This document shows positions 10,563 through 20,855 of a DNA stretch of 64,000 bases, one piece after another (positions within the stretch are counted from its first letter, which is position 1; each line of letters opens with the position of its first letter). The stretch covers positions 10,177-74,176 of IMG/VR virus record IMGVR_UViG_2841255697_000002; one strand, 5' to 3'. The notes beneath the pieces are model-generated. The model saw nothing but the letters and a program-made list of their open reading frames with translations, made no database searches and was not told where the DNA came from. This DNA comes from a virus (taxonomy: Duplodnaviria > Caudoviricetes). The position numbers were made by a program, and so were the translations under genes.

Positions 10563-11028
10563 TGCCGCCACCTCCAAAAACCGACACAACGCCGATTACA
10601 CTTGAACCGCCTTTAACACGATCAATTTCAGTCTGCAAATATCGGTTAATCTGATAGATCGAGTCATTGATGGCTTCGGGCCTTTTTTCAAGACCTTTGA
10701 TCTCGAACGTCAGTGTTTTAAAGTTAATGGCATCACGGTTAAGTTCGTCTTTCAGGCGCATTAAATAGCAGCGGTAGGTGAAATAAGAGGCAAGAGATTT
10801 TTCCTTCATGGAGAGATCAATGGATATCCCTCGCACAACCATTTCTTTACCACTTTCTTCATCAATGCTTTTTTCTTCAGTGAAGACAAACGGCGTGTCA
10901 AGCGCGACACCCATCTCCATCAGTCCGTGTGCTGCAAGGTCTGTATCCTCCATCAGTTCAGAACGATAATCCTTCGGAATAAGTGCAATGGTGATATCCA
11001 GTATTTCCTTCAGCGTGGTTCCCATCAC
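10555..11028 (-). CDS. Putative head-tail adaptor
   Basis: Synteny downstream of capsid. Confidence 0.45.
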   Translation of the reverse strand: MMGTTLKEILDITIALIPKDYRSELMEDTDLAAHGLMEMGVALDTPFVFTEEKSIDEESGKEMVVRGISIDLSMKEKSLASYFTYRCYLMRLKDELNRDAINFKTLTFEIKGLEKRPEAINDSIYQINRYLQTEIDRVKGGSSVIGVVSVFGGGGSA

Positions 11029-11033
11029 ACCAC

Positions 11034-11465
11034 CTAAAGCAAGAGAGAGCCGTCAGAAACCGCCTTGATACGTTCGTCAATCGCCTTCATAAACGGCTCT
11101 TTTTTACCTTCATCATCAGCCTTCTGACGGATGTCCCTGAGCAGATTCAAAGAGTCGATGTCAGCTAATTTTTTCTTAAGGGTTGGTAGAGAGTAATCCA
11201 GTAGTTTGTCAATATCTTCATCCGACATAACATTTTCACTTTCGATCACCTCAACATCCGCTTTGGGGTCAACTTCCATCACTTGAATAAAACCCTTTTT
11301 AAAAGAACCAGGACAGGCTGTGGAGAGATACATGTATTCCTCCTGAGTCAGTCCAACCTCCATGTTGGGTTTCAGGTCATAATATTTGCCAGGGGTTACA
11401 AAGTCGAGGGAAATATGGAAATTGCCGCGCGACACATTTTTTACTTTAATAAGTTTTTCAGACAT
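11034..11465 (-). CDS. Hypothetical virion-module protein
   Basis: RBS AGGAG, intact ORF after capsid gene. Confidence 0.55.
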   Translation of the reverse strand: MSEKLIKVKNVSRGNFHISLDFVTPGKYYDLKPNMEVGLTQEEYMYLSTACPGSFKKGFIQVMEVDPKADVEVIESENVMSDEDIDKLLDYSLPTLKKKLADIDSLNLLRDIRQKADDEGKKEPFMKAIDERIKAVSDGSLLL

Positions 11466-11541
11466 AAAAGCTCCTTTCCGTTTTGGTTTCCTTCCATGGC
11501 ATCAGGGGGACAATGCCACCCCTGTCTGCCAATATTTAGCA

Positions 11542-12486
11542 TTAACCAGTTACTTCTATAACGAAAAGCCCGGTTGGCTTTGTGACGCAGTAGCCAATTT
11601 CCTTGTCGATCCGGCAAGACCAGCTCTTGTCATCAATTTTGGTTTCCTGCATGACTTCACTATCCCCATAGGTAGCGGCATAGCCGATCTTGTTACCAGC
11701 CAGGAATAACTTGTCCGTCGGCACAATTGATTTCTGGGTCACAGGATCAAGAATTTCAGGTAAGTAGAGGATATCGCAGCCACGATAGCGGCCTAACAGA
11801 CCCCTGTCTCGAATTTCATTGTACAGCGATTCACAGGAATCAAAACCGGCGAACCCTTCAATTTTAGTACACAGGTCAAAGTCACCGATAATGGTTGGCG
11901 CGCCGCCAGTCTTCTTACGGAGATAATTGATCGCCTTGTCCAAAGTAGCCTTGTCTAAAGCAGAAACCGCTTCATAATTGTTTTTATTAGAGGTTTCATT
12001 GTAGGTCTGAGCCAGAACTTCATAGACCTTATGGTAGATTTCCATTTCAATGGCATCTCGGCCATCACGGATCAGGTGTGCCAGGGAATCCAGACGGCCT
12101 GTTTTCAGTTCAGACAGTAAGCATTCAGGTCTTACGCCTAAGCCTTCAAACTGCATGGTGATTTCAGTTTCGTAGTTACGGGACATTGGCACGTATGCGT
12201 TTGGAGCAGTCCAATAAGCTTTAACGCCCTTCTTGTGGGTTTTAAAGAGGGGATTGTCACCATAATTGAAATGCTTGGTTTCAAAAATCTTTGGAGAAAT
12301 ATCAAAGGTATTGTAGCTGTCTTCAAGGGACATCTTAACAACCTCGGCAATTTCCTCACGACCCTGTTCAGTTCTTGCCAGTTTTGCAATCATCTGAGTC
12401 GCCTGTTTTACTTTTACGTCATTGCGGCTAATATCACCGCGTTCGATCTTTTCTGCTAATGCAATAATATTTTTTACTTCGCTCAT
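11542..12486 (-). CDS. Major capsid protein (HK97 fold)
   Basis: Size, position, GLLGRYRGCDILYLP motif, strong RBS, downstream hairpin. Confidence 0.8.
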   Translation of the reverse strand: MSEVKNIIALAEKIERGDISRNDVKVKQATQMIAKLARTEQGREEIAEVVKMSLEDSYNTFDISPKIFETKHFNYGDNPLFKTHKKGVKAYWTAPNAYVPMSRNYETEITMQFEGLGVRPECLLSELKTGRLDSLAHLIRDGRDAIEMEIYHKVYEVLAQTYNETSNKNNYEAVSALDKATLDKAINYLRKKTGGAPTIIGDFDLCTKIEGFAGFDSCESLYNEIRDRGLLGRYRGCDILYLPEILDPVTQKSIVPTDKLFLAGNKIGYAATYGDSEVMQETKIDDKSWSCRIDKEIGYCVTKPTGLFVIEVTG

Positions 12487-12497
12487 TTATTCACCTC

Positions 12498-12953
12498 CTA
12501 CAGCACTTTCACAGTGACCATTGCTTCTTCATAGCCACCCATTGCAGGAGTTACAGCAATCACCTCAAAGAGAGCAGTGTCACTTTCACTGCATTTGACA
12601 ATCATGCCTTCTTTCCCGGAAGCAACAGAAACCGTACATTTATCACCCATGACAAGTTCGCCGTCAAATTCAGTGGTTGCCCATTCTTCATTGGGTACAA
12701 GGGTATAGCATACGGCGCGGACACCTGCTTCAATATTGTCGTACTTGCTTTCTTTGTATACGTCTTCATCTATACGCAGAGTAATAAAGCCATAGAGATC
12801 ATTTAAGTCAGCGGCTGCCTTTGGCAGGGCTAAGGCATATTCTGTTTTTTCAGTATTTAATTTGCGGCAGACAGCCCGGCCTTTACGGATCACTTCATCA
12901 GTTTTCATCAGACCGTCCGGGATGCTCGCAATTGTTCTTCGTCTTTGTAACAT
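12498..12953 (-). CDS. Putative capsid decoration/cement protein
   Basis: ~150 aa beta-rich ORF between scaffold and capsid. Confidence 0.5.
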   Translation of the reverse strand: MLQRRRTIASIPDGLMKTDEVIRKGRAVCRKLNTEKTEYALALPKAAADLNDLYGFITLRIDEDVYKESKYDNIEAGVRAVCYTLVPNEEWATTEFDGELVMGDKCTVSVASGKEGMIVKCSESDTALFEVIAVTPAMGGYEEAMVTVKVL

Positions 12954-12964
12954 TCACATTCCTC

Positions 12965-14062
12965 CTATACTAATTCTTTCATCACGTCAAAAAGAGCCTT
13001 TGCAGATTCAACCATCATAGATGTCTCAAATACAGGCACACCAAAGGTTTCAGCGGTTTCAGTTTTGGTATCGGCCTTTTTTGCTTCAGAAGCGTCCATT
13101 GCCTGTTCTAAAACATCCGCATATTCTTCTTTGGTCATGGAGCCAAGTTCTTCGGCTGTTTTTTCGGCATACTCAAATTTCTGGAGCCGTTTTAAACGAT
13201 TTTCACCAATTGCCTTCTGTTCAGAAGCAATAACCTGGGTCTTGTAAGGCTCAAGCTTTTCAACCTTTAACTTCAGTTCTGCAACCTCTTCAGTAAGCGC
13301 TTCAATGCGGTTGTCTTTTTCGGCCACTTCATTCGTTTTCGTTTCCAAACCAGAGTCCGTAACCGCCTTTTCAGCGACTAAGGTTTCGTGTTCAGTTTTT
13401 AATTCGTTATAAGCTTTTTCGAAATCCAATTCTTTTCCTCCTTTTTCTTGTTCTGCAACTTCCAGACTATATGAATTCTGGAACGCAGGATTTTTCACGA
13501 TTGCCAAACCCGTGAAATGTATGGCAGTACAGTATTTAACACCATCCTCACCAATATTACAGTCCATTGTCCCTTCCATGCTGAACTTCAGCTCACCACG
13601 ACGATGTAAATCCTCAAGGACACTGGCAATCTCATATAAATAATGTTTGTAAACCACAATTTTACAGATAATTCGGAGTTCTCCCTCCGGGGGAATATCT
13701 TCATGGGGCATATAGGCAACATTCTCAATTTCATCCCCTTTGACAAGCACTGGATATGCTTCGACAATGTGTCCCACAGCTTTTCGTTTGTCATTATCAA
13801 ATGTCCGTTTCACAAAATCAAAACCATGCCCGGTTGGGTATAAATTGTTATCCGTCACAATCACCAGCGGCTTTTCAATAAAACTGGGATATGCCCGCAA
13901 TAGAATCTCACGATTAAAATATGTTCCATTCAGATTCAGACCCTCATGTGTGGCGAAACAGGTAATGTGCATTAAATCCAGATCTTCGACCGATCCGATT
14001 TCAATTTGATTCACCTCATCTAAGAGTTCAATATCTAAACTTTTCATGTTTTCACTTTCCAA
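12965..14062 (-). CDS. Prohead protease with C-terminal scaffold coiled coil
   Basis: NLNG, GH, FSME, FTGLAIVKNPAF protease motifs followed by a coiled-coil tail. Confidence 0.75.
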   Translation of the reverse strand: MESENMKSLDIELLDEVNQIEIGSVEDLDLMHITCFATHEGLNLNGTYFNREILLRAYPSFIEKPLVIVTDNNLYPTGHGFDFVKRTFDNDKRKAVGHIVEAYPVLVKGDEIENVAYMPHEDIPPEGELRIICKIVVYKHYLYEIASVLEDLHRRGELKFSMEGTMDCNIGEDGVKYCTAIHFTGLAIVKNPAFQNSYSLEVAEQEKGGKELDFEKAYNELKTEHETLVAEKAVTDSGLETKTNEVAEKDNRIEALTEEVAELKLKVEKLEPYKTQVIASEQKAIGENRLKRLQKFEYAEKTAEELGSMTKEEYADVLEQAMDASEAKKADTKTETAETFGVPVFETSMMVESAKALFDVMKELV

Positions 14063-14092
14063 TATTTCACCACCTCACGTTTCAAATCTAAC

Positions 14093-14113
14093 CCTTTCAC
14101 TAATATAGTGAGG
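14093..14113 (-). promoter_or_regulatory. Candidate late promoter/operator, copy 1
   Basis: Minus strand CCTCACTATATTAGTGAAAGG; 19/21 identical to 19920-19940. Confidence 0.5.
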
Positions 14114-14162
14114 AAAAACGGGAAAAGTGGAATAAAAAAGTTGAAAATATTTTTATTTTTGT

Positions 14163-15638
14163 TTATTTACTTCTATTTGTGCCTTTTAATCCAGTTCTGG
14201 GCTGTTTATTATTGCTGGATGTTTTATCACTTTTTCTTTCAGACACCTTCTTTTTTGGTGCACCGCCTTCATCTGCTTTTTCAGAATCCTCGTTGCCTTC
14301 GGTCTCTTGTTGTCCCTGGAACGGCATTGAATGGATTTTGAAAGTTTCATCCATATCCTGCTCATTCTCATCTTCACGGATCAGCTTCAGTGAATCAAAA
14401 TCCATACCACAGCCTTCGTATAAGACTTTGTAAGGAAGTCCGGCGTTTTGAAACAATTCCATCAGTAGCGACGTTTTGGCTTCAGGATCAATGACCACAT
14501 CCTCAAATGACAATGTCGGTGCATGATCCGGGTTCAGTCCTTTCCGCTTAAGTTCATTTCGATAGAGATCATGGACAATGCAAGGGATATGACGGCGAAT
14601 TCCTTCAATGGTTCTTGTCAAACCCGTAAAATTCAGCATCCCTTCGGCATAATTGCCACCGCCTTCACCACGGATCAAAGTAAGGCTCACACCAAGTGTA
14701 TTCAAAATATCCGTATCAATTTCGATAAATTTGTCAGCACCAAAGATATCGGTCTTGGGTTCGATCCAGTCCATCAAAACATAGTAGGGAGTAGTAACAC
14801 GAAGCGATCCGCTCTTGCCAGCGAATAATTGGTCATAGTCTTGCAGCAGCTGTTTTGTCGGCTTGTTATCAGCGTCCCCAACCTTGATCTGTAAAATCTT
14901 ATCAATAATATCGTTGGCAGTAGATTTCTCAGCCTCCTTCAAAAGACTTTTATGGGACAAGTCCTCGAACGCCGGTAAAATGACGGAAACACCATAGGGT
15001 TCATATTGGCTGGCATTCACCTTGGCAAAATAAGCGTTATTCTCGTCAAGAACGGCATATTCATCTCCGTGTTTCATAGCTTCCAGAATTTCCTGCGGAT
15101 AAGCCTTCTCAATTTCCGCATCAATATCCTTACCAAAACTGTCAAGGGAGATGGTCTGCTGCTCAACCTTATAAGCAATGACTTGCTTATTGTTCTTAAT
15201 TAAGGGCACAACCTTAATCTGGTTAATGGGATAAATATCAATCCGAAAGCCATCACGGTCATAAAGCGCCACATTTCCAGTTAAAGCGAGTTCAAAAATA
15301 ACGTCTCGAATCAGCTGCTCAAGATCAATTTGCTCATTAAAGGCAGCAATCACCTCTTGCACCTTTTTCCCCTTAGTAGGGTAATTCAGACGGTGGCCAC
15401 TGGCCCCAAAGTCGCGGATAATATTCACGACACGCATGATAATGCCGTGCTTGCGGTAGCAATACTTCGAATAAGCCACAATATTTTCAATGTTGTCCTG
15501 CGGATTATTAAAGATGGCCTCCAGGTCTGTTCCAGAGGGAGAGCCATCCACGTTAAAATTTTTGGTAAAATGAGTGGAGTAAGCACTTTTCATCGTGCCT
15601 ACAGCCCCCACAACAATTTCATTTTTTTGTTCTGACAT
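14163..15638 (-). CDS. Portal protein
   Basis: Between terminase and protease; ELALTGNV and YGVSVILPA motifs. Confidence 0.8.
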   Translation of the reverse strand: MSEQKNEIVVGAVGTMKSAYSTHFTKNFNVDGSPSGTDLEAIFNNPQDNIENIVAYSKYCYRKHGIIMRVVNIIRDFGASGHRLNYPTKGKKVQEVIAAFNEQIDLEQLIRDVIFELALTGNVALYDRDGFRIDIYPINQIKVVPLIKNNKQVIAYKVEQQTISLDSFGKDIDAEIEKAYPQEILEAMKHGDEYAVLDENNAYFAKVNASQYEPYGVSVILPAFEDLSHKSLLKEAEKSTANDIIDKILQIKVGDADNKPTKQLLQDYDQLFAGKSGSLRVTTPYYVLMDWIEPKTDIFGADKFIEIDTDILNTLGVSLTLIRGEGGGNYAEGMLNFTGLTRTIEGIRRHIPCIVHDLYRNELKRKGLNPDHAPTLSFEDVVIDPEAKTSLLMELFQNAGLPYKVLYEGCGMDFDSLKLIREDENEQDMDETFKIHSMPFQGQQETEGNEDSEKADEGGAPKKKVSERKSDKTSSNNKQPRTGLKGTNRSK

Positions 15639-15646
15639 ATAACCTC

Positions 15647-17260
15647 CTAACGTCTATGGACAAGCGGTGCAATGAGTTGACTTTCTTCCTTGTTGAACTT
15701 TTCGTCAGCCAACAGCTGTATCCCGTATAAGCCCATTCCCATCGCAGACCAGCGGTCTTTTCGTTTGGACGTTGTTTTAAATTGCATCCAGCCTCCGCTT
15801 GTCCCTTTTGTTTCAATACTTAAGATTTCTTTTCGTGCGTCTTCAGATTCTAAAAGTAGTACAGACTCTTCGCTCGAAAGATCCCTTTTTTCTTCAACCT
15901 TCATGGGGTACATGTGTAACCAGTTTTTCTCAACAAAAACCTTTACGGCAAATCCGAAACGATGGTTTAACTCAACGCATGGTTTCAATCCATATATAAT
16001 CGGTACGCCATTTGTCGTATCGATCCTTTTCATTGCCGTTTCGTCATTACGATCAATAAGTGGTGGATACCACTTTTGTTCTTCTACGGAAAAGTAATCC
16101 TTTGCAAGTTCATCCGCAAGGGCAGTACCGATAGTCATTGTATCCATATAAATATCGGTTATTTGTGGAAATTTCATTAAAATACCCCTTACGTTGCAAG
16201 CCTGTTTTCCAAATTCCATACCATTAAGCGAACGAATGTAGACAAGATCAGCCTCAACATGCTGGGAAAACCAGTGGAGCTTAAAGACGTAAATGATCGT
16301 ATTATCTTGTCCTTCAGAACGTGCAACGTCAACAGACATAATATATTGAAAGTTTGCAATACCTTTTGTTTCAATATGATCAAGATCAGCGCAATTTTGA
16401 AGAAGATTAAAATCAATAAACGCACCTTCGGCAAGCTTAGGAAATTCGGCTAAATATTCTTGTTGGAATTGGAAATCAGACATAACAGCTCTTTGTTGCT
16501 TAACAATTTCCTCGTCAAAAAGTTGACATCGAATACCAGTACGGTAATCAAGATCCATGGCAAAATATTGAGTATTGTTAGGCTCTGCCATTCGCTTAAA
16601 ATAATCAACCATTAATTCATAAAGATGATTGAAGCGATAAGATGCAGTCGAACACATTAACACTTTATTTCCTTCGTAGTCATCCATGTTTTTTCCAACT
16701 TCATAGTCACGTCTGCAAATTAACATTGGCTTAATAACGGCATCAATGATATCTTTATCGACATATGCGGCTTCATCAATGAGCACAATGTGAAGACGCG
16801 CGCCTCTTACACGTGCACCATCTGAACCGATTGGAAACCCTTCAATCCAAGAGCCACAATAAAATTCGACTTTTGCCCGCTGGGTGCTACAAACGAAATC
16901 AGACACTTCGGCGGCTAACGCAGGAGACATGTTACAAAGCTCATCATGAAATTTTTCCTGAATATCAATTTTGGCCTGTCTAAAAGCTGGCGCAATAATA
17001 CCAGCTTTTGTTCCGGGATATAGAAGGCAATAAACAACTAGACAGAGCACACCCATAAAAGATTTACCGAGTCCACGGCTCATAACAATGTTGGAAAAAG
17101 AGAAACGGAAAAAAGCGCGAATGATAACTTTTTGATAAATGTTAAGAGAAATACCAAGATATTCTTCACAAAAAACATCAGGATACTGACGGTAATAGCT
17201 AACACTTTCTAAGTAAAGTCTTTTTTTATTTCTGACAGCTTTTGAATCTTCAACACTCAT
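15647..17260 (-). CDS. terL: Terminase large subunit
   Basis: Walker A SRGLGKS, Walker B IVLIDEAA, FQQEYLAEF, nuclease SVDVAR and KDRWSA. Confidence 0.92.
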   Translation of the reverse strand: MSVEDSKAVRNKKRLYLESVSYYRQYPDVFCEEYLGISLNIYQKVIIRAFFRFSFSNIVMSRGLGKSFMGVLCLVVYCLLYPGTKAGIIAPAFRQAKIDIQEKFHDELCNMSPALAAEVSDFVCSTQRAKVEFYCGSWIEGFPIGSDGARVRGARLHIVLIDEAAYVDKDIIDAVIKPMLICRRDYEVGKNMDDYEGNKVLMCSTASYRFNHLYELMVDYFKRMAEPNNTQYFAMDLDYRTGIRCQLFDEEIVKQQRAVMSDFQFQQEYLAEFPKLAEGAFIDFNLLQNCADLDHIETKGIANFQYIMSVDVARSEGQDNTIIYVFKLHWFSQHVEADLVYIRSLNGMEFGKQACNVRGILMKFPQITDIYMDTMTIGTALADELAKDYFSVEEQKWYPPLIDRNDETAMKRIDTTNGVPIIYGLKPCVELNHRFGFAVKVFVEKNWLHMYPMKVEEKRDLSSEESVLLLESEDARKEILSIETKGTSGGWMQFKTTSKRKDRWSAMGMGLYGIQLLADEKFNKEESQLIAPLVHRR

Positions 17261-18093
17261 ACAGCCACCTCATCAGCAAAATGCCATTTATACCCGTATG
17301 CATGTTTATGTTTTCCAAGACATACGCTGCTGATATTTGAACTTGAAGATGCCCCAACTGAAACAGCAGCGTCTTTAATGCTTTTGTGGTATGCAATAAT
17401 CAAATTACTGTCAAGATCAATTTGATAAACTGGACGTACCCTCTTCTTTTCTTTTTTCATGGCTTCAACAATGTCTTCAGAATAATCTTTTTCAAAGACC
17501 CAACGATAACCTTTTACACTTTTGCATTTGCCATAACAGGATTTTGAAATATTTGCAGCGCATGAACCAACGGTTTGTGCTGCTTCATGAACAGATGAAA
17601 ATTTATTGATAATTGAAAAATCATCTTTATTAAGCTGCAAAACAGCCTTTTTATAGTTAGAATGAGATTCGGAAAGTTTTTTCCTTGTTTCCTCACTCCA
17701 ATGGACACCATAGTTAGGATGGTTTATACCGTTGAACCTGCCTACCAATGAGTCGGAAATTTTCTTCTTTGTTTGTTCAGACCAAACCTCACCATATGTT
17801 CCACCTAATTGTATATTGTAACCGTGGCTCGGATCGGTGGATTTATAAAGAGCAATGTATTCGCGTTCCTTTTTCTCGGCATCTTCAAAAGACAAACCTT
17901 CTTCTAAAACAGTCTGTTTAAAAGCATCCCACCCATAAATATCGATGTCAGCTCGTAGACTTTTATTTGAATAAGATTTTCCCCGCTTCCAACGTTGGGA
18001 TAAGGGCATCGATGTCATTCCAATATAACGAAGACCCGTTGGACTTTCGAGCATATAAATTTTAAATTTTCTATTTTTATTAACTTTTCCTAT
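17257..18093 (-). CDS. Free-standing GIY-YIG homing endonuclease with NUMOD3/NUMOD1 DNA-binding repeats
   Basis: KIY...RYIGMT, HGYN, SEETRKKLSES, two FxSxxEAA...NISxxC...GYxW modules; probable ATA start at 18093 after AAGGAGG (track start 18114). Confidence 0.88.
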   Translation of the reverse strand: MGKVNKNRKFKIYMLESPTGLRYIGMTSMPLSQRWKRGKSYSNKSLRADIDIYGWDAFKQTVLEEGLSFEDAEKKEREYIALYKSTDPSHGYNIQLGGTYGEVWSEQTKKKISDSLVGRFNGINHPNYGVHWSEETRKKLSESHSNYKKAVLQLNKDDFSIINKFSSVHEAAQTVGSCAANISKSCYGKCKSVKGYRWVFEKDYSEDIVEAMKKEKKRVRPVYQIDLDSNLIIAYHKSIKDAAVSVGASSSSNISSVCLGKHKHAYGYKWHFADEVAV

Positions 18094-18929
18094 GACAACA
18101 TCCTCCTTGCACATTCAATATAATTGTCCATTAGCGCATCGATTTCATCCTTATCGTATTCACGTTTAGGTGGAATAAATTCACCATCTTTAACCAGTTT
18201 GTCCATCCAGACAGTAAATTTTGATTGAGCAAACTCATCCCGTGCAGAGCGCTGTTTCTTAGTCCACTTCATACTTTCCAAGGTGCTTTGGATCAGTTCG
18301 GAGATCTTCTTTTCATCGTTAATATTGACCTCCTTGCCCTTTGCCCGACAAGTATCAATGCGATGCGCTTCAATCTCCAATGAGAGCAGACGCTTTAGAG
18401 AAGTTCGGTCAGCGCCCTCATTTATTTCATACAGATCCATATAGACCGCATAACGTCTGCGCAGGAACTCTCGCTCCAGTGGGCTAAACATATCGATCCA
18501 GGATAAGATTTCGTTGGCATATTTGTTTTCACCATCCTCACCGGCACTGTTCTGAAAATACTGTTTATAGATATCGTCCTGCTCACCCGATAAAGCGGTT
18601 CTTCTTAAAATATCCTCACCAATCTTCTTGTAACAGGGGAGGGAGATCAATTTAAAATACTGGCTTACCGGATCTTTTATAGCGTTTCCTCTGGGAAGTA
18701 CTTTTTTTCGTTCTTCAGTGCCATCAGGATTTATCACAATCTCATATTTTTCAGGGGTTTCCTTTGTTTTATTGGCCTCAGCTTTCTCAACCGCCTTTGT
18801 CCAGCATTCTTCAACAAACGGAAGCTCAGAATCTGGGTGGGCCAGCAGATAAGTCATTAAATCCTCTTTTGTCTTTATATCGTCTGGACGATTCCGGCGG
18901 TTAGCAGTTTTCTTTTTTCTTTCCGCCAA
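18090..18929 (-). CDS. Hypothetical protein, candidate terminase small subunit
   Basis: Position upstream of terL (endonuclease in between), helical. Confidence 0.4.
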   Translation of the reverse strand: MAERKKKTANRRNRPDDIKTKEDLMTYLLAHPDSELPFVEECWTKAVEKAEANKTKETPEKYEIVINPDGTEERKKVLPRGNAIKDPVSQYFKLISLPCYKKIGEDILRRTALSGEQDDIYKQYFQNSAGEDGENKYANEILSWIDMFSPLEREFLRRRYAVYMDLYEINEGADRTSLKRLLSLEIEAHRIDTCRAKGKEVNINDEKKISELIQSTLESMKWTKKQRSARDEFAQSKFTVWMDKLVKDGEFIPPKREYDKDEIDALMDNYIECARRMLS

Positions 18930-18955
18930 TATATCACATCCTTTCTTTTGGTATT

Positions 18956-18977
18956 AAAAAAAGACCTTAGTGGTCTT
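18956..18977 (-). terminator. Intrinsic terminator
   Basis: Minus strand AAGACC-ACTAA-GGTCTT-TTTTT. Confidence 0.55.
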
Positions 18978-19902
18978 AGTTTAGGCAATAAATTTTTGAA
19001 GCGTTCACATCAAACTGTCTTTCGTTGAACACGGCAATGGCGTATCCGGGATTTTGAGGGGTATATCCAAGCTTTCCCCCTGATGCGTAAGGCATATCTT
19101 TTGCGAGACACCCGATCTCATAGCACCATTTGTTTAAATTCGGCAGTTTTTCGATAATTTTGTGCGTATGGCCGATCATAACCGCATTAAAAACAAATCC
19201 GTTTCTGGTAAAATACTCACAGGCGTTTGATACGGTTCGGCCTGGGATTTTTGAAAAGCCACTTGGATGTGCGATAATCAAGTCATTAAGCTGCATATGC
19301 CACTGATCAATGACCTCATAGTCTAAACCAGAATAGACAGTTGTCTGACCAAGCCGATGGTCGTGTTTTTGAAAACCACCGATAATCTCCTGTAAAATAT
19401 TCGAACTATGAAGCGGATTCAGACTATTATCATAGGTTGCCAGGTATTTCACGAATCGTTCTTCATGGTTACCATAAATCACATAACGCTTTACGCCAGG
19501 GGTTAAATCCTCGATAGCCTTTAAAACAGAATGCGCAATCACCATTTCATCAATCAATGGAATTTTGCCAAGCTCTTTGAATTTTGAAATACTTTCACAG
19601 TCTACACAATCACCAGCGATAACAAGTGTGTCAATCTCCTTTGCGTGTGATTTGACAATCTCCAGAATGTCATCCCGATGATAGGGAATATGTAAGTCTG
19701 ACAAAATCAGACATTTTTCTTGTGTGTTATCCTTTTTGGACTTCCTAGGTTTAGACCGTTTAATAATCTTTCGAATACAATCATCCGTTACCATGATATT
19801 ATACTGCCCATGGACATAGAGAGAAATCTCGTGATAAGAGAACCCAGCCTCCCCAAGTTCCAGAATCTCCTTGCGCTGTTCATCATTAAAATTCTTTTTC
19901 AA
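18976..19902 (-). CDS. Calcineurin-like metallophosphoesterase with N-terminal HTH-like region
   Basis: SDLH, GDCVD, GNHE, GHTH motifs. Confidence 0.88.
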   Translation of the reverse strand: MKKNFNDEQRKEILELGEAGFSYHEISLYVHGQYNIMVTDDCIRKIIKRSKPRKSKKDNTQEKCLILSDLHIPYHRDDILEIVKSHAKEIDTLVIAGDCVDCESISKFKELGKIPLIDEMVIAHSVLKAIEDLTPGVKRYVIYGNHEERFVKYLATYDNSLNPLHSSNILQEIIGGFQKHDHRLGQTTVYSGLDYEVIDQWHMQLNDLIIAHPSGFSKIPGRTVSNACEYFTRNGFVFNAVMIGHTHKIIEKLPNLNKWCYEIGCLAKDMPYASGGKLGYTPQNPGYAIAVFNERQFDVNASKIYCLN

Positions 19903-19919
19903 TCAATCATCCTTTCATA

Positions 19920-19940
19920 CCTCTCACTAATATTGTGAGG
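19920..19940 (-). promoter_or_regulatory. Candidate late promoter/operator, copy 2
   Basis: Minus strand CCTCACAATATTAGTGAGAGG upstream of the first morphogenesis-block gene. Confidence 0.5.
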
Positions 19941-19975
19941 GAATTTGTATTTTTTGGCGTATTTTTCTCAAGATT

Positions 19976-20305
19976 TTATGAAAATTCTTCATATTCGTCG
20001 TTAATTTCACAAAAATTAATTTCATTTTCACGAATCATGCGTTCAGACCATTCCGTAATGACACCATCTTTTTTCGAAACGTCTATAGCATTCAACAGAT
20101 ATTGTCCCAGCATATCGAGAAGCTTCTCAACATTGTTCCCATGCTCGTCATTTTTACTGACCGGCAGGGAATAAGTGAAATGATCTGGATATGCAGCGAT
20201 CAGTTCCTCGCACAAGGCTTTTCTTTCCTCAAGTGTGTACGAATATGGAAGAACATGTTTTTCACCATTAATATATATATAATTATCCGTCAGCTTCAGT
20301 TTCAT
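19976..20305 (-). CDS. Hypothetical protein
   Basis: AGGAGG RBS, ATG at 20305 coupled to upstream stop. Confidence 0.6.
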   Translation of the reverse strand: MKLKLTDNYIYINGEKHVLPYSYTLEERKALCEELIAAYPDHFTYSLPVSKNDEHGNNVEKLLDMLGQYLLNAIDVSKKDGVITEWSERMIRENEINFCEINDEYEEFS

Positions 20306-20646
20306 CCCTCCTTTACATAATATGATATAGTTCTGCACGCTTGAAAAACGCATTGGCGCACCGTCCGTGACGATACATGTTCGATTTTAGCAATTGCCTT
20401 GTCGGAATAGCCGAGCATCCAATAGTAAAGACGTACACGCTGCCTGTCAGTAAGAAAAGCGTCATCAATCGCTTCTTCAAGGCAATAGATCAATAGCAGT
20501 ACATCAGTATTATCGGTCTGTTCAGCGAGAGATTTGATGGTATAGAAATTATGGAAAACCCGTTTAAGGTGAGTTGGATTTTGACAATAAGAATAGAAGT
20601 CGATTACATTTGATGGCTTATAAGATAACCGATTACGCTTTTTAAT
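20302..20646 (-). CDS. Sigma-70 region-4-like HTH regulator (candidate late activator), probable ATT start
   Basis: LTDRQR...GYSDKAIAKIEHVSSRTVRQ HTH; frame stays open upstream of track start to AGGAGGT-ACT-ATT-ATT. Confidence 0.65.
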   Translation of the reverse strand: MKKRNRLSYKPSNVIDFYSYCQNPTHLKRVFHNFYTIKSLAEQTDNTDVLLLIYCLEEAIDDAFLTDRQRVRLYYWMLGYSDKAIAKIEHVSSRTVRQCVFQACRTISYYVKEG

Positions 20647-20747
20647 AATAGTACCTCCTAAAGAAAAGTAAAATATAGAGAAGAAAAAATTAGAAATAAA
20701 AATGTATAGTAAGGAAAAGTTATGGATTCAATTTGTTTATACCATAA

Positions 20748-20776
20748 ATTATACCACAAAAGCAACTTTATGTCAA
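20748..20776 (-). promoter_or_regulatory. SigA-type promoter (leftward)
   Basis: TTGACA-17-TATAAT with extended TG. Confidence 0.8.
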
Positions 20777-20826
20777 TAAAAATAAACAGAGTTGCCAAGA
20801 AAGAAGAAAAATGATTTAATCGAGAA

Positions 20827-20855
20827 TTGACATTCTGTAAAGTATATGATATAAT
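20827..20855 (+). promoter_or_regulatory. SigA-type promoter (rightward, recombinase)
   Basis: TTGACA-17-TATAAT with extended TG. Confidence 0.8.

Noticed and set aside
17257-18114. Group I intron around the GIY-YIG endonuclease
   Set aside because: The ORF overlaps both neighbours by 4 nt, leaving no room for intron core sequence, and terL is intact; it is free-standing
301-20320. Short plus-strand ORFs within the structural operon (and minus-strand shadows of the replication genes)
   Set aside because: Antisense shadows of real genes without SD or recognisable motifs
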